From contig UQYM01000003.1 of assembly GCA_900545315.1 (NCBI GenBank), positions 31,657 to 95,656 on the forward strand: 64,000 bases of DNA. The letters run 5' to 3'. Source of the stretch: an uncultured Alistipes sp. GTDB lineage: Bacteria > Bacteroidota > Bacteroidia > Bacteroidales > Rikenellaceae. Both the position numbers and the translations under genes were made by a program. Positions 24,417 to 33,435 of this stretch are shown in pieces (position 1 is the stretch's first letter; each line of letters starts with the position of its first letter). The notes under the pieces were generated by a model. The model was not told the origin of the DNA, did not search any database, and worked only from the letters and a program-made list of their open reading frames with translations.

Positions 24417-25370
24417 ATGCAGAGCCCTATGAAAAACACCTTACTCAAAATAGCCGGATACCTCTCTGTGGCCTTGGGATTTGTCGGGATATTCCTGCCA
24501 CTGCTCCCCACCACTCCGTTCCTGCTGTTGGCCTTGTGGTGTTTTGCACGAAGCTCCTCCCGAATGCAAACCTGGCTGCTCACAAACCGTCTCTTCGGCC
24601 AATACCTCAAAGATTACGAACGAGGATGCGGCATCCCACGATTTGTCAAGGCCTCAACCTTGATCTGTCTGTGGAGCACCCTTCTCTTCAGCATGATCAT
24701 CTTTACCGAAGCGTGGTGGGTGAAAATTTTGCTGTTGGTCATTGCCTTCGGAGTGTCGATCCATGTCCTGAGCATGAAAACCAAACGGCATTTTGGCACG
24801 CGCACATTGGTCTTGATTCCGACCGAGCTAGAGGCCAAACCATTCATTGCCTCACAACCCGCCGGGGTAACCGTTGAAACGGTCGGTGTGGGCAGCTACC
24901 GCTGCGCCTATAACACCTACCGGTTGATTCGTCGCTACCATCCTCAACGAGTCATTTTGGCTGGTTTGGCCGGAGTGTACCCCGGCAGGAGGATTCCGGT
25001 TGGGGAAAGTGTATTGGTCAAAACCGAACGTAGTGCAGACATCGGCACCTTTCAAGAGCAGACCTTTCAGGCAAAATTCGGCGAACGGGCTGATTGCCCC
25101 TCTATTCCTGACTCAGTTCGTTTTCAGCAGGTGGTCAGTAATACGGTTAACGCAGCCGCCTCACCTTATGTCGATGCAGAAGGAGCAGATATAGAGAACA
25201 TGGAGGGGATCGCCTTCTTTCATGTCTGTCTGCAAACCGATACTCCGTTTTTGGAGCTCCGTACGATTTCGAATCTGGTCGGAGAACCTTTTGCACAATG
25301 GGATCTGCATGCAGCTACCCAAACTTTGGCACGTGACTTAAATCGCTTGATTCATGAACTTGAAGCTTAA
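24417..25370 (+). CDS. Fusion protein: N-terminal YbaN/DUF454 inner-membrane domain + C-terminal futalosine hydrolase-like (MqnB, PNP/MTA-nucleosidase fold) domain
   Basis: Residues about 1-125 align closely to E. coli YbaN (LPLLPTTPFLLLALWCFARSS). The same frame continues without a stop into a nucleosidase domain with ExMEG (ENMEGIAFFHVC). The start could be 24417 (MQSP) or 24429 (MKNT). Confidence 0.65.
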   Translation: MQSPMKNTLLKIAGYLSVALGFVGIFLPLLPTTPFLLLALWCFARSSSRMQTWLLTNRLFGQYLKDYERGCGIPRFVKASTLICLWSTLLFSMIIFTEAWWVKILLLVIAFGVSIHVLSMKTKRHFGTRTLVLIPTELEAKPFIASQPAGVTVETVGVGSYRCAYNTYRLIRRYHPQRVILAGLAGVYPGRRIPVGESVLVKTERSADIGTFQEQTFQAKFGERADCPSIPDSVRFQQVVSNTVNAAASPYVDAEGADIENMEGIAFFHVCLQTDTPFLELRTISNLVGEPFAQWDLHAATQTLARDLNRLIHELEA

Positions 25371-26163
25371 CATATCCACCTGTCCGAACGACACCTTCAT
25401 GTTCGATGCCCTACTCCACGGTCGCATCGACACCGAAGGGTTGACCTTCGATCTGAATTTAGCCGACATCGAGCAGCTCAACCAGGCTGTACTGGAGGAT
25501 GGCCCCGACATCTCAAAATTGAGCTACGCCGTTGTGCCGCAAATCTGCGACCACTATAAAGTTCTCAACAGTGGCAGTGCCTTGGGACGAGGCAATGGCC
25601 CGCTGCTGGTCAGCCGACACAAAATCTACCCCGATGAGCTATACGACGCACAGATCGCCATCCCTGGCGTGCATACCACAGCCAACCTGCTGATGAGCCG
25701 CATCTATCCCACAGCCCAAAACAAAAGGCCCTATCTCTTTTCGCAGATTGCTGATGCAGTGATGAGCGGCGAATGTGACGCCGGCGTATTGATTCACGAA
25801 GGACGATTCGTCTATCGCAAAATCGGTTTGCAACTGATTGCCGACCTGGGTATCGAGTGGGAAAAACTGACTCAGTTGCCGCTGCCGCTCGGTGCCATTG
25901 TCGTTTCACGGAAATTGGACTCGGCTACACAACAAAAGGTAGATCGGGTATTGCGCCGCAGCGTTGCGTATGCCATGGCTCACCCGGCAGCTTCGGCCGA
26001 TTTTGTCCACCAGTATGCGCAGGAGTTGGATGAAGAGGTAACCCGCAGCCATATCGAGCTGTTTGTCAACAACTATTCGATCGACTTGGGAGCGGAAGGT
26101 CGCAAAGCGGTTACCCAACTGCTCAATATTGACAAAGCGGAAGAGGAGGAGTTATTCGTATGA
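25354..26163 (+). CDS. mqnD: 1,4-dihydroxy-6-naphthoate synthase (futalosine pathway, MqnA/MqnD family; MqnD-like)
   Basis: 269 aa. The N-terminal ISTCPNDTFMFDALLHG motif is characteristic of MqnD. It overlaps the upstream gene by 17 bp. Confidence 0.7.
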   Translation: MNLKLNISTCPNDTFMFDALLHGRIDTEGLTFDLNLADIEQLNQAVLEDGPDISKLSYAVVPQICDHYKVLNSGSALGRGNGPLLVSRHKIYPDELYDAQIAIPGVHTTANLLMSRIYPTAQNKRPYLFSQIADAVMSGECDAGVLIHEGRFVYRKIGLQLIADLGIEWEKLTQLPLPLGAIVVSRKLDSATQQKVDRVLRRSVAYAMAHPAASADFVHQYAQELDEEVTRSHIELFVNNYSIDLGAEGRKAVTQLLNIDKAEEEELFV

Positions 26164-27275
26164 TGCAGGAAATTCTATCTCGACTGGAGGCCGAAAACAA
26201 CCTCCGTACCCTGCCCGATGTCACCCCCCAGGGTCTCTACCTCGAACATGACGGCAAGCGTTACCTCAACCTCTCGTCAAACGACTATCTCGGCATTTCG
26301 TGCCGGAGCCTGCACCGCGATTTCATGCGCGAAGTTTGCAACAGTGATGAGTTTCTGCTCAGCAACCCCTCTTCACGTTTGATTACCGGCAATAGTCCCG
26401 ATTACACCCGCCTGGAACAGACCCTTTCCAACCTATACGGAGAAAAAGCCGCCTTGGTTTTAGGGTGTGGCTATATGGTCAACTCAGGCATCTTGCCCGC
26501 CATCACCGAAAAGGGCGATTTGATCCTGGCCGACAAACTGATCCACGCCAGTCTGATCGACGGGTTGCGGCTCTGTCAGGCCGAATGGCAGCGGTTCAAC
26601 CACAACGACATGGATCATCTCGAACGGTTGTTGAAACGGCATCGGGCCAACTACCGTCAGGTTTGGGTGGTTACCGAATCCATCTTCAGTATGGATGGAG
26701 ATCGGGCGCCGCTCCGTCAGCTGCAACAACTCAAAGAGCAATACGATGTGAAACTCTACCTGGATGAGGCACACGCTTTCGGGGTATGCGGACCAGACGG
26801 ACGGGGCCTGGCAGCTGAAGAGGGTATCGATTGCGACATCATGATCGCCACCTTGGGAAAGGCAATTGCTTCGCAGGGGGCATTTGTGGTGACTGATTCA
26901 CTGACCCGGGACTTTCTGGTCAATCGCATGCGCACCTTGATCTTCTCCACCGCACTACCCCCCATCTCATTACGATGGTCCGAATATGTGATCAGCCGCC
27001 TGCCCCAAATGGAAGATTGGCGTCAACACCTTCGGGATTTGTCCCGACTGTTGACCGGCAACACCTCCTCGACCCACATCATTCCGATCATGGCCGGAGA
27101 GAACCGACGAGCCATCGAGATGAGTGAACGTTTCCGGGAGGCAGGCTTCTGGGTCATGCCGATCCGAACCCCGACCGTACCGCAAGGCAAGGCGCGTGTA
27201 CGCGTCTCATTGCATGCAGCCCTGCCCGATGATGCTATTGTAAGATTCAAAGAGGTATGGAACAGCATTGGATAA
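26160..27275 (+). CDS. bioF: 8-amino-7-oxononanoate synthase
   Basis: PLP-dependent acyltransferase with the LSSNDYLGI motif and the PLP lysine region (ATLGKA). It sits beside bioG and bioC. Confidence 0.85.
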   Translation: MMQEILSRLEAENNLRTLPDVTPQGLYLEHDGKRYLNLSSNDYLGISCRSLHRDFMREVCNSDEFLLSNPSSRLITGNSPDYTRLEQTLSNLYGEKAALVLGCGYMVNSGILPAITEKGDLILADKLIHASLIDGLRLCQAEWQRFNHNDMDHLERLLKRHRANYRQVWVVTESIFSMDGDRAPLRQLQQLKEQYDVKLYLDEAHAFGVCGPDGRGLAAEEGIDCDIMIATLGKAIASQGAFVVTDSLTRDFLVNRMRTLIFSTALPPISLRWSEYVISRLPQMEDWRQHLRDLSRLLTGNTSSTHIIPIMAGENRRAIEMSERFREAGFWVMPIRTPTVPQGKARVRVSLHAALPDDAIVRFKEVWNSIG

Positions 27276-27943
27276 CCCGCGAAGAGAATCGCGACCTAAT
27301 TATTTACGCTTTGGGATGGGGCTCCGACTACCATCTGGTCGATCATATCCGTCCAGAAGGGTATGATCTGCTCTGCACATATGACTACCGAACAATCAGT
27401 CCGGTTTCTCCAGAGAGTGTAGCCCGTTACAGACGAATCTATCTGTTTGCTTGGTCATTCGGTGTGTGGGTGTCTGAACTGATCTTCAAGGGAATCACGT
27501 TTTACCGAACCGTCGCCCTTAACGGCACCCCGCTTCCCATCAACAACCGTTACGGTATCCCTACCAAAGCCTTCACCGTCACATTGAAAGGGATGGAACG
27601 GGTCGGTTGTGACACCTTTAATCGTCGCACTTTCGGTAATAGTTACAATCGACTTGTCGACTGGCTCGAGAGTCGTCCCTTCGCAGAGAAGTATGACGAA
27701 TTGCAAAAGTTGTACGACGCTTCGACCAAGGCCTATAGCCCCACCATTCGCTGGAGTCATGCCATCATCGGCGGGGAGGATGTCATCTTCCCCCCAGCCA
27801 ATGTGAAGGCGTATTGGGACGACGAATCACCGGCTACTGAAGTACAGCTTGTTCCCGAAATGCCGCACTACCCCTTTGCCGACCCCGAAATCGTATTGTC
27901 CAAATTGTCCGCCGACACGCTACCGAAAGCACGCCATGAGTGA
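27257..27943 (+). CDS. bioG: Pimeloyl-ACP methyl ester esterase BioG (DUF452)
   Basis: About 228 aa alpha/beta-hydrolase-like (GWGSD, FAWSFG serine motif region). It lies between bioF and bioC as in other Bacteroidota. Confidence 0.7.
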   Translation: MEQHWITREENRDLIIYALGWGSDYHLVDHIRPEGYDLLCTYDYRTISPVSPESVARYRRIYLFAWSFGVWVSELIFKGITFYRTVALNGTPLPINNRYGIPTKAFTVTLKGMERVGCDTFNRRTFGNSYNRLVDWLESRPFAEKYDELQKLYDASTKAYSPTIRWSHAIIGGEDVIFPPANVKAYWDDESPATEVQLVPEMPHYPFADPEIVLSKLSADTLPKARHE

Positions 27944-28712
27944 CAAAGATCTGCTAAGGAATCGTTTTGCAGCCAACCTGCACAGTTACAATTCGCTGGC
28001 AGTTGTTCAGCAACAAATCTGTGACGAGTTGGCCCGCATGATCTCGGCCCACATTCAGCCGGAGCACATTGCACGGGGTTTGGAGATCGGAACGGGTACC
28101 GGCTTTCTGACCCGCCGACTTCTTGAACTCTGTCCACATACTTCATGGACTCTGAACGATCTGGTGGAGGGTTCGGCCAATTTTTTGGAAGCCTACACCC
28201 GCAATCATACAATTCGTTTCCAGTGGGGAGATGCTGAAATTCTGACCCAATTCTCCGACAAGCCGTACGATCTGATCGCCACCGCTTCGACCGTACAATG
28301 GTTCGATAACCTGCCCACATTCATTCACGCTCTTCCCGAACTGCTTTCAGACAAAGGGGTGATCGCCTTGAGCACCTTCGGCCCGGACAATTTTATTGAA
28401 ATTCGGACTACTACCGGGGACGGTCTGGATTACTATACGGCTGACGAACTCTCCAAACTGTTTCAACAGGCGGGCCTGTCCGTTCTGGAGTGCAAAGAGT
28501 ACACCCGTCAATTAACCTTTGATTCGCCAACCGCCGTACTGCGTCACATCAAAGCAACGGGGGTCAACGCCATCCACAAAAGTCGTTGGACCCCACGCCG
28601 TCTAACACAATTCGAAACCGATTACCGCACCCACTACTCCACCCCAACCGGAGAGGTGACCATCACTTACCACCCGATTCTGATCATTGCCACCAAACAG
28701 ACCATCCGATAA
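27936..28712 (+). CDS. bioC: Malonyl-ACP O-methyltransferase BioC
   Basis: Class I SAM-methyltransferase motif LEIGTGTGFLT. The start MSDKDLLRNRFA overlaps the bioG stop; the track's upstream Met is rejected. Confidence 0.75.
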   Translation: MSDKDLLRNRFAANLHSYNSLAVVQQQICDELARMISAHIQPEHIARGLEIGTGTGFLTRRLLELCPHTSWTLNDLVEGSANFLEAYTRNHTIRFQWGDAEILTQFSDKPYDLIATASTVQWFDNLPTFIHALPELLSDKGVIALSTFGPDNFIEIRTTTGDGLDYYTADELSKLFQQAGLSVLECKEYTRQLTFDSPTAVLRHIKATGVNAIHKSRWTPRRLTQFETDYRTHYSTPTGEVTITYHPILIIATKQTIR

Positions 28713-29134
28713 TCCGCTGTTTCCCCGCCACTCATCCAAAGGGTTACCGGTTACATTGCCCTATCAACACCATGCGTTTTATATAACAAATTATATAACA
28801 AACAGACGGCACTCACGCATTCCCTTTGTTCAATCTGAAGATCAACAAATTCATATAGGATCTGGCAAATGGGGAGTATAACTTTATACTGCGTCCACTT
28901 AACCAGTCCTGCCCACATTTGGAGGCCCCGCAGGGAAAGGCCCATGAAAACATCAGGCAACAGCAGGAAATGCAGGTACAAAAACACCTTTGCACAAGGC
29001 ATCTCATCCACACGACATGGAAAACACAGCGCCACTTCCCCCGAAATTTCAAAAGAGAAGCGCCTGTCCTCAATCACAATAAAAATATCTGAAACAACCT
29101 GGAAGAACTTTCCGGTCAATAAAAGATTCTATAA

Positions 29135-29508
29135 AAACACAGCAGGATGTATAAGCCGGGTTCTGTACCTTCAAGAAGGCCTCTGCCATTTATCTAGGCC
29201 GACGGTCACCCGTACGACTCATCAGCAACCTACCCCCCGACATCGGACGAGCAATCCTACTGCGTCGGTATACATGGTCTTGCAACCCGTCAGGCGTACG
29301 GCCAAAGTGTGTCACCACACCCGCGGTGGGCTCTTACCCCGCCTTTTCACCCTTACCGGAATCGCAAACAATCCCGGCGGTTATTCTCTGTTACACTACT
29401 ATTCCCTTACGGAAATCTTCCCGTTAGGAAGGACGGCGCTCTGTGTTGCCCGGACTTTCCTCCCCCTCCGATCCAACGGAGGCAGCGGCAGAGCCACCCT
29501 GCTGTGCG
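29135..29508 (-). ncRNA. rnpB: RNase P RNA (bacterial type A)
   Basis: The minus strand contains GGAGGAAAGTCCGGGC (P4 5' strand), GGTAAGGGTGAAAAGGCGGGGTAAGAGCCCACC (P10-P12 region) and ACAGAACCCGGCTTA (P4 3' strand). P1 pairing is CACAGCAGG / CCTGCTGTG. The ends are approximate (±5 nt). Confidence 0.8.
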
Positions 29509-29511
29509 GGG

Positions 29512-29519
29512 CAAAGGTA
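29512..29519 (-). promoter_or_regulatory. Bacteroidota sigma-A -7 element (TACCTTTG on the minus strand) immediately upstream of the RNase P RNA 5' end
   Basis: Matches the TAnnTTTG consensus. The spacing puts the TSS at the predicted mature 5' end. Confidence 0.4.
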
Positions 29520-29628
29520 CACAACAATCAGCAGAGATCCATACGCCTTAACCATTTTATTGTTACTTTTGCGCTTGCCGCAGCTTCTGCTGCCTAAAGT
29601 CCCCCTTCAAGGCTCAATTTATACTTTT

Positions 29629-30846
29629 GTGACCGTGAAAAAGAACGATCTGCTCATTTCCGACTACAATTACCCACTTCCCGAAGAGCGTATTGCCAAA
29701 TTCCCGCTCGAAAAACGGGAGATGTCCAAATTGCTGATCTACAACAAAGGCAATATTTCCGAAAGCCAGTTTTATCACATCGGAGAGTTTCTGCCCCAAG
29801 GATCCATGCTGGTCTTCAACAACACAAAAGTGATTCGTGCCCGGCTCATCTTCCACAAGCCAACCGGTGCCCGTATCGAAATTTTCTGTCTCGAACCATA
29901 CGAGCCTGCGGACTATGAACGTGCTTTTGCCATCAAAGGATCCTGTAAATGGAGCTGCATCGTCGGCAACCTGAAAAAGTGGAAAGAGGACGATCTGCAC
30001 ATCAACTTTGAGGTGGATGGTCAACCGAGAAGATTAACAGCACGCAAAGCCGAGCAAGGCGAACGGGAGCAGATCATCGAATTCAGTTGGGATGGCGATC
30101 AAAGTTTCGGACAGCTGCTCGAGACTTTGGGACGTATTCCGATTCCTCCCTATCTCTGCCGCGAGAGCGAAGAGGTGGACAACAGTCGGTATCAGACCGT
30201 CTATTCAAAGTTCGAAGGATCGGTTGCAGCCCCAACAGCTGGACTCCATTTCACGCCCGAGGTCATCGACTCCCTGCGTCGGGCAGGTCACCTTACGGAT
30301 GAAGTAACCCTTCATGTGGGGGCTGGCACATTCCTGCCAGTCAAGACAAACGAGGTGGTGCTGCACAAAATGCACACGGAACATTTCGAGATCAAGCTCT
30401 CCACCATACGCAATCTGATCGCTCATCTCGACAACGTCATCGCCGTAGGGACCACCAGCGTACGCACCCTCGAGTCACTCTGTGCGCTGGGTTGGCGGAT
30501 TCAACAAACCGGAACACCCGACGCAGAACGTCCGATCGGGCAGTGGGAAATTTACGACATTCCAGATGAACAAGAGACACGGCCGTTATTGAACACCTTG
30601 GCAGACTATCTGGAGCATCAGGAGATGGATCGGCTGAAGACAGCGACCCAAATCATGATTATGCCCGGTTACCGCTACCGCATCATCCGCGGAATCATCA
30701 CCAATTTCCACCAACCGCAAAGCACCCTGTTGTTGCTGGTTTCAGCCCTGATTGGTGAGGATTGGCGCAAAGTGTACGATTACGCTCTGAGTCACGATTT
30801 TCGCTTCTTAAGCTACGGGGATAGTTCGCTGTTACTTCCTAAATAA
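29629..30846 (+). CDS. queA: S-adenosylmethionine:tRNA ribosyltransferase-isomerase
   Basis: YNYPLPEERIAKFPL near the N-terminus and the C-terminal IIRGIITNFHQPQSTLLLLVSA are typical of QueA. The start is probably GTG at 29629 or 29635. The track's upstream ATG (29443) would overlap rnpB and is rejected. Confidence 0.8.
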   Translation: MTVKKNDLLISDYNYPLPEERIAKFPLEKREMSKLLIYNKGNISESQFYHIGEFLPQGSMLVFNNTKVIRARLIFHKPTGARIEIFCLEPYEPADYERAFAIKGSCKWSCIVGNLKKWKEDDLHINFEVDGQPRRLTARKAEQGEREQIIEFSWDGDQSFGQLLETLGRIPIPPYLCRESEEVDNSRYQTVYSKFEGSVAAPTAGLHFTPEVIDSLRRAGHLTDEVTLHVGAGTFLPVKTNEVVLHKMHTEHFEIKLSTIRNLIAHLDNVIAVGTTSVRTLESLCALGWRIQQTGTPDAERPIGQWEIYDIPDEQETRPLLNTLADYLEHQEMDRLKTATQIMIMPGYRYRIIRGIITNFHQPQSTLLLLVSALIGEDWRKVYDYALSHDFRFLSYGDSSLLLPK

Positions 30847-31430
30847 CAGTTATTCTCTATCTCTTTCTTTAATTAATGCTTTAAGCCTATTCCGACACTC
30901 TTTTTCCCAAAAGTATTCCAAACCGAGGTGTGTTATTGGGGAACTGCCCTACTCCCCTATAAACAGATGCATGCAGCACACCGCTGGGGAACGCCAAGCT
31001 GGAACCGGGAGGAAAGGAAACTACCTCCTGCCTCCCCCGACTCAAGAGGAAACACAGCAAGGCACCAATAGAGAGTGATTCTGAAGCTGACAGGCCCAGG
31101 TCAAGCATAACCCATGCACAAAGCTCACATCCAACCACCTGTTTAGTCCCAGCCCACAAATAAAAGATCAACCGACACAAATCATGCTGATGCCTCTGCT
31201 GGCACTCGATAGCAAATCTTGACACAGCACTTGTTCCGAATCATCGTTGCTCGACAATAGGGCTTTAGCCACGAAAACGATTTGTGAGGGGAAATACACA
31301 TGAATATTCCCAACGAAACATTAAAATCCGTCAGCCAATCGAGTAAACGTTTTGATCGGTACCACTCCACTTATTTCACCTATACACAAATGTAAATTCA
31401 AGGATATCAACCTCCACGCTTGTAAAGAAC

Positions 31431-31466
31431 AGATAAGGCAGACTCAATATCGAGTCTGCCTTATCT
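31431..31466. terminator. 15-bp perfect-stem hairpin (AGATAAGGCAGACTC-loop-GAGTCTGCCTTATCT). Possible terminator on either strand.
   Basis: Seen directly. It lies 585 nt downstream of the queA stop and 160 nt downstream of the lipoprotein stop. Flanking T content is moderate. Confidence 0.45.
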
Positions 31467-31626
31467 GTTTAAATCATTGATATATATACACTCCATTTAA
31501 ACTTTTACTACATTTAACAGAGTGGAGCTTGTATGTTGTCCAGCTTTTGGCCAGGATTCGGATGAAGCTTACTCCAACGCATAGGAGATTGATCAGACGC
31601 CATCCAGTTATACTCCCGAAGCCAAT

Positions 31627-32688
31627 TTATCGGGTAGGAATCTCCTCTTCCAACATATGGAGGTCCTCAACGCCAATTACCTCTGTCGAACACTCTCCAA
31701 TCCAACCGTTGACTTGGTTTACACCCGTATAAATTTTGATAAAATCAACACCGGGCAAGGAGACCTTCTCTCCTGCTGCATCAACAGCCCAATCGATATC
31801 AATCGACGTCTCTTTATCTGCATTCCCCACATTGTCGGCATACCCATACGTGAACGCCTGTAACTCGAAAATCGTTCCATTTACAATTGCATTCTGCGGC
31901 AAGCAGGTACCTTTCAGCGTTAAACGATCTCCTTCTGCCCACTGCGGGAAATAGGGCTGTACATGAAATGTGTTCTTCGGCAAATAACCCGAACCTCCCA
32001 AATTATCCTCCCAACGAATATACTGCTCCTTCTCCTCTGTGGTGGTTGGCTCCTTCTCCGGACGGAAATAGGTAATCTCATAATCGCGATGCAACACAAC
32101 ATCGTTACCGGCCTCTCGTGCCGCCTCATACCAACTCTCGGGAGTTGACTCCTGATGAGCACTACCTGCAATTTCGTACCACTCATCTTCATCGGGCTGG
32201 CCATTCAAGTTCTTATCATAAGCAACCATAATTACGCCCGGCTCCGAACTATTCTTAAAGGCATTGCCTAACACACGAAAATCACGCAAACCCGCTTTAT
32301 TCTCGATCGTGTGGTCAAAACCCACTATCACATAACCGCCATAACCACCCAGCGAAATCATGCCCCGTTTATTATTACCAATGGCATTGAGTACCTTTTG
32401 ATTCATCGACTCCTGCGTATCCTCTTCGGTCCAAGCCGGCATCGTGTTGACAAACTGCCCTGGGGCCGGCATAAAATCTACCACTTTGGTAATATATGCA
32501 CTCCCCTTGAAATTTAAACTTGGGGTGGACGGACCCTCTTCACCTTCACCTGTCCCCTCACCGGTACCTTCTCCGCCATCAGGTCCAGGAGTATCTTTAC
32601 TATCACCGCCACATGAAGCACATGCAAAGGCAATTACCAACAAAGGCATAGCAAATTTTGCCAACGAAAATGTCGATTTGTTTTTCAT
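31627..32688 (-). CDS. Hypothetical surface lipoprotein
   Basis: Signal peptide with lipobox (LLVIAFACASCGG) followed by a Gly/Glu/Pro-rich linker (GPDGGEGTGEGTGEGEEGP). No domain I can name confidently. Confidence 0.6.
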   Translation of the reverse strand: MKNKSTFSLAKFAMPLLVIAFACASCGGDSKDTPGPDGGEGTGEGTGEGEEGPSTPSLNFKGSAYITKVVDFMPAPGQFVNTMPAWTEEDTQESMNQKVLNAIGNNKRGMISLGGYGGYVIVGFDHTIENKAGLRDFRVLGNAFKNSSEPGVIMVAYDKNLNGQPDEDEWYEIAGSAHQESTPESWYEAAREAGNDVVLHRDYEITYFRPEKEPTTTEEKEQYIRWEDNLGGSGYLPKNTFHVQPYFPQWAEGDRLTLKGTCLPQNAIVNGTIFELQAFTYGYADNVGNADKETSIDIDWAVDAAGEKVSLPGVDFIKIYTGVNQVNGWIGECSTEVIGVEDLHMLEEEIPTR

Positions 32689-33435
32689 AATATGAATAAG
32701 GTTTATTCGTAAAATCCAGGTAAAATGCGCCGACAGATACCGCAAGCCTCCTTATTCATCCATGACGGTGGGAAAGATGTCCGACCCCAAATAAACGGGC
32801 CAAACACCATAACCATTCTGTCCTCGCATTCGGTTATTCGTAACTGGCAGGTCTTCTGACTTACTCTCCTTCCCGAAGCCTTCCCAACACAACCGGAACG
32901 TGTCAGTGGCAACAGATTTTCGGGAAAATGCAATCGAGCTCACAGCAGCGGGACTGTTCGAGACTTTCACTCGATTCCCTTTTCATTCACAAGCGGTTAG
33001 CCGCTCTTTCGAAACCAATTACAGTGACAAATGTACCGCAATTTTTCATATCTCCAAAATTTCAAACAATTTTCAACCATCGGAAATCCAGACACAATCG
33101 TTGAATGCACATCTTGAGTGTTTTTTCCGTCAAAATGGCTTACTACGCCACTTAACGATCCTAAACTTCAATCCGTTATCAAATTGAATCATGCACCAAA
33201 GATCCACCACCATCAATTCCACTTGGCAGGTCAACACAAAACAAATTTCACTAGATCATCCCGATATAACAACCTATATTTTTACTTTAGTACAATTTAC
33301 GTAACATTAAATAGATCATCTACTTTAACATTTACTAAAAATATGATTACCCCCCAATTTTTCCCGTTCAAAAATCCTCATTGTCGATTTGTCAATCACA
33401 GGTAATCTCGCTACATTTACAACAAATTTCTTCCC

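Noticed and set aside
26160-27275. Serine palmitoyltransferase (sphingolipid Spt) as an alternative to BioF
   Set aside because: Bacteroidota do encode Spt in the same alpha-oxoamine synthase family. But the LSSNDYLGI motif and the tight coupling to bioG and bioC favour 8-amino-7-oxononanoate synthase.
28869-29597. 242-aa ORF (plus strand) and the N-terminal 62 codons of the 29443..30846 ORF
   Set aside because: Both overlap the RNase P RNA on the opposite strand. Their composition is Arg/Pro/Ser-rich with no domain signal. The QueA homology only begins near 29629.
30847-31626. tmRNA, SRP RNA, 6S RNA or tRNA in the queA-lipoprotein gap
   Set aside because: I looked for a tmRNA 3' acceptor/T-arm (GGTTCGATTCC...CCA) and an ALAA tag ORF, and found neither. 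A partial GGAGGAAAGGAA match to the SRP domain IV consensus is too weak. I found no tRNA cloverleaf signatures. The region is left as an unassigned candidate ncRNA.
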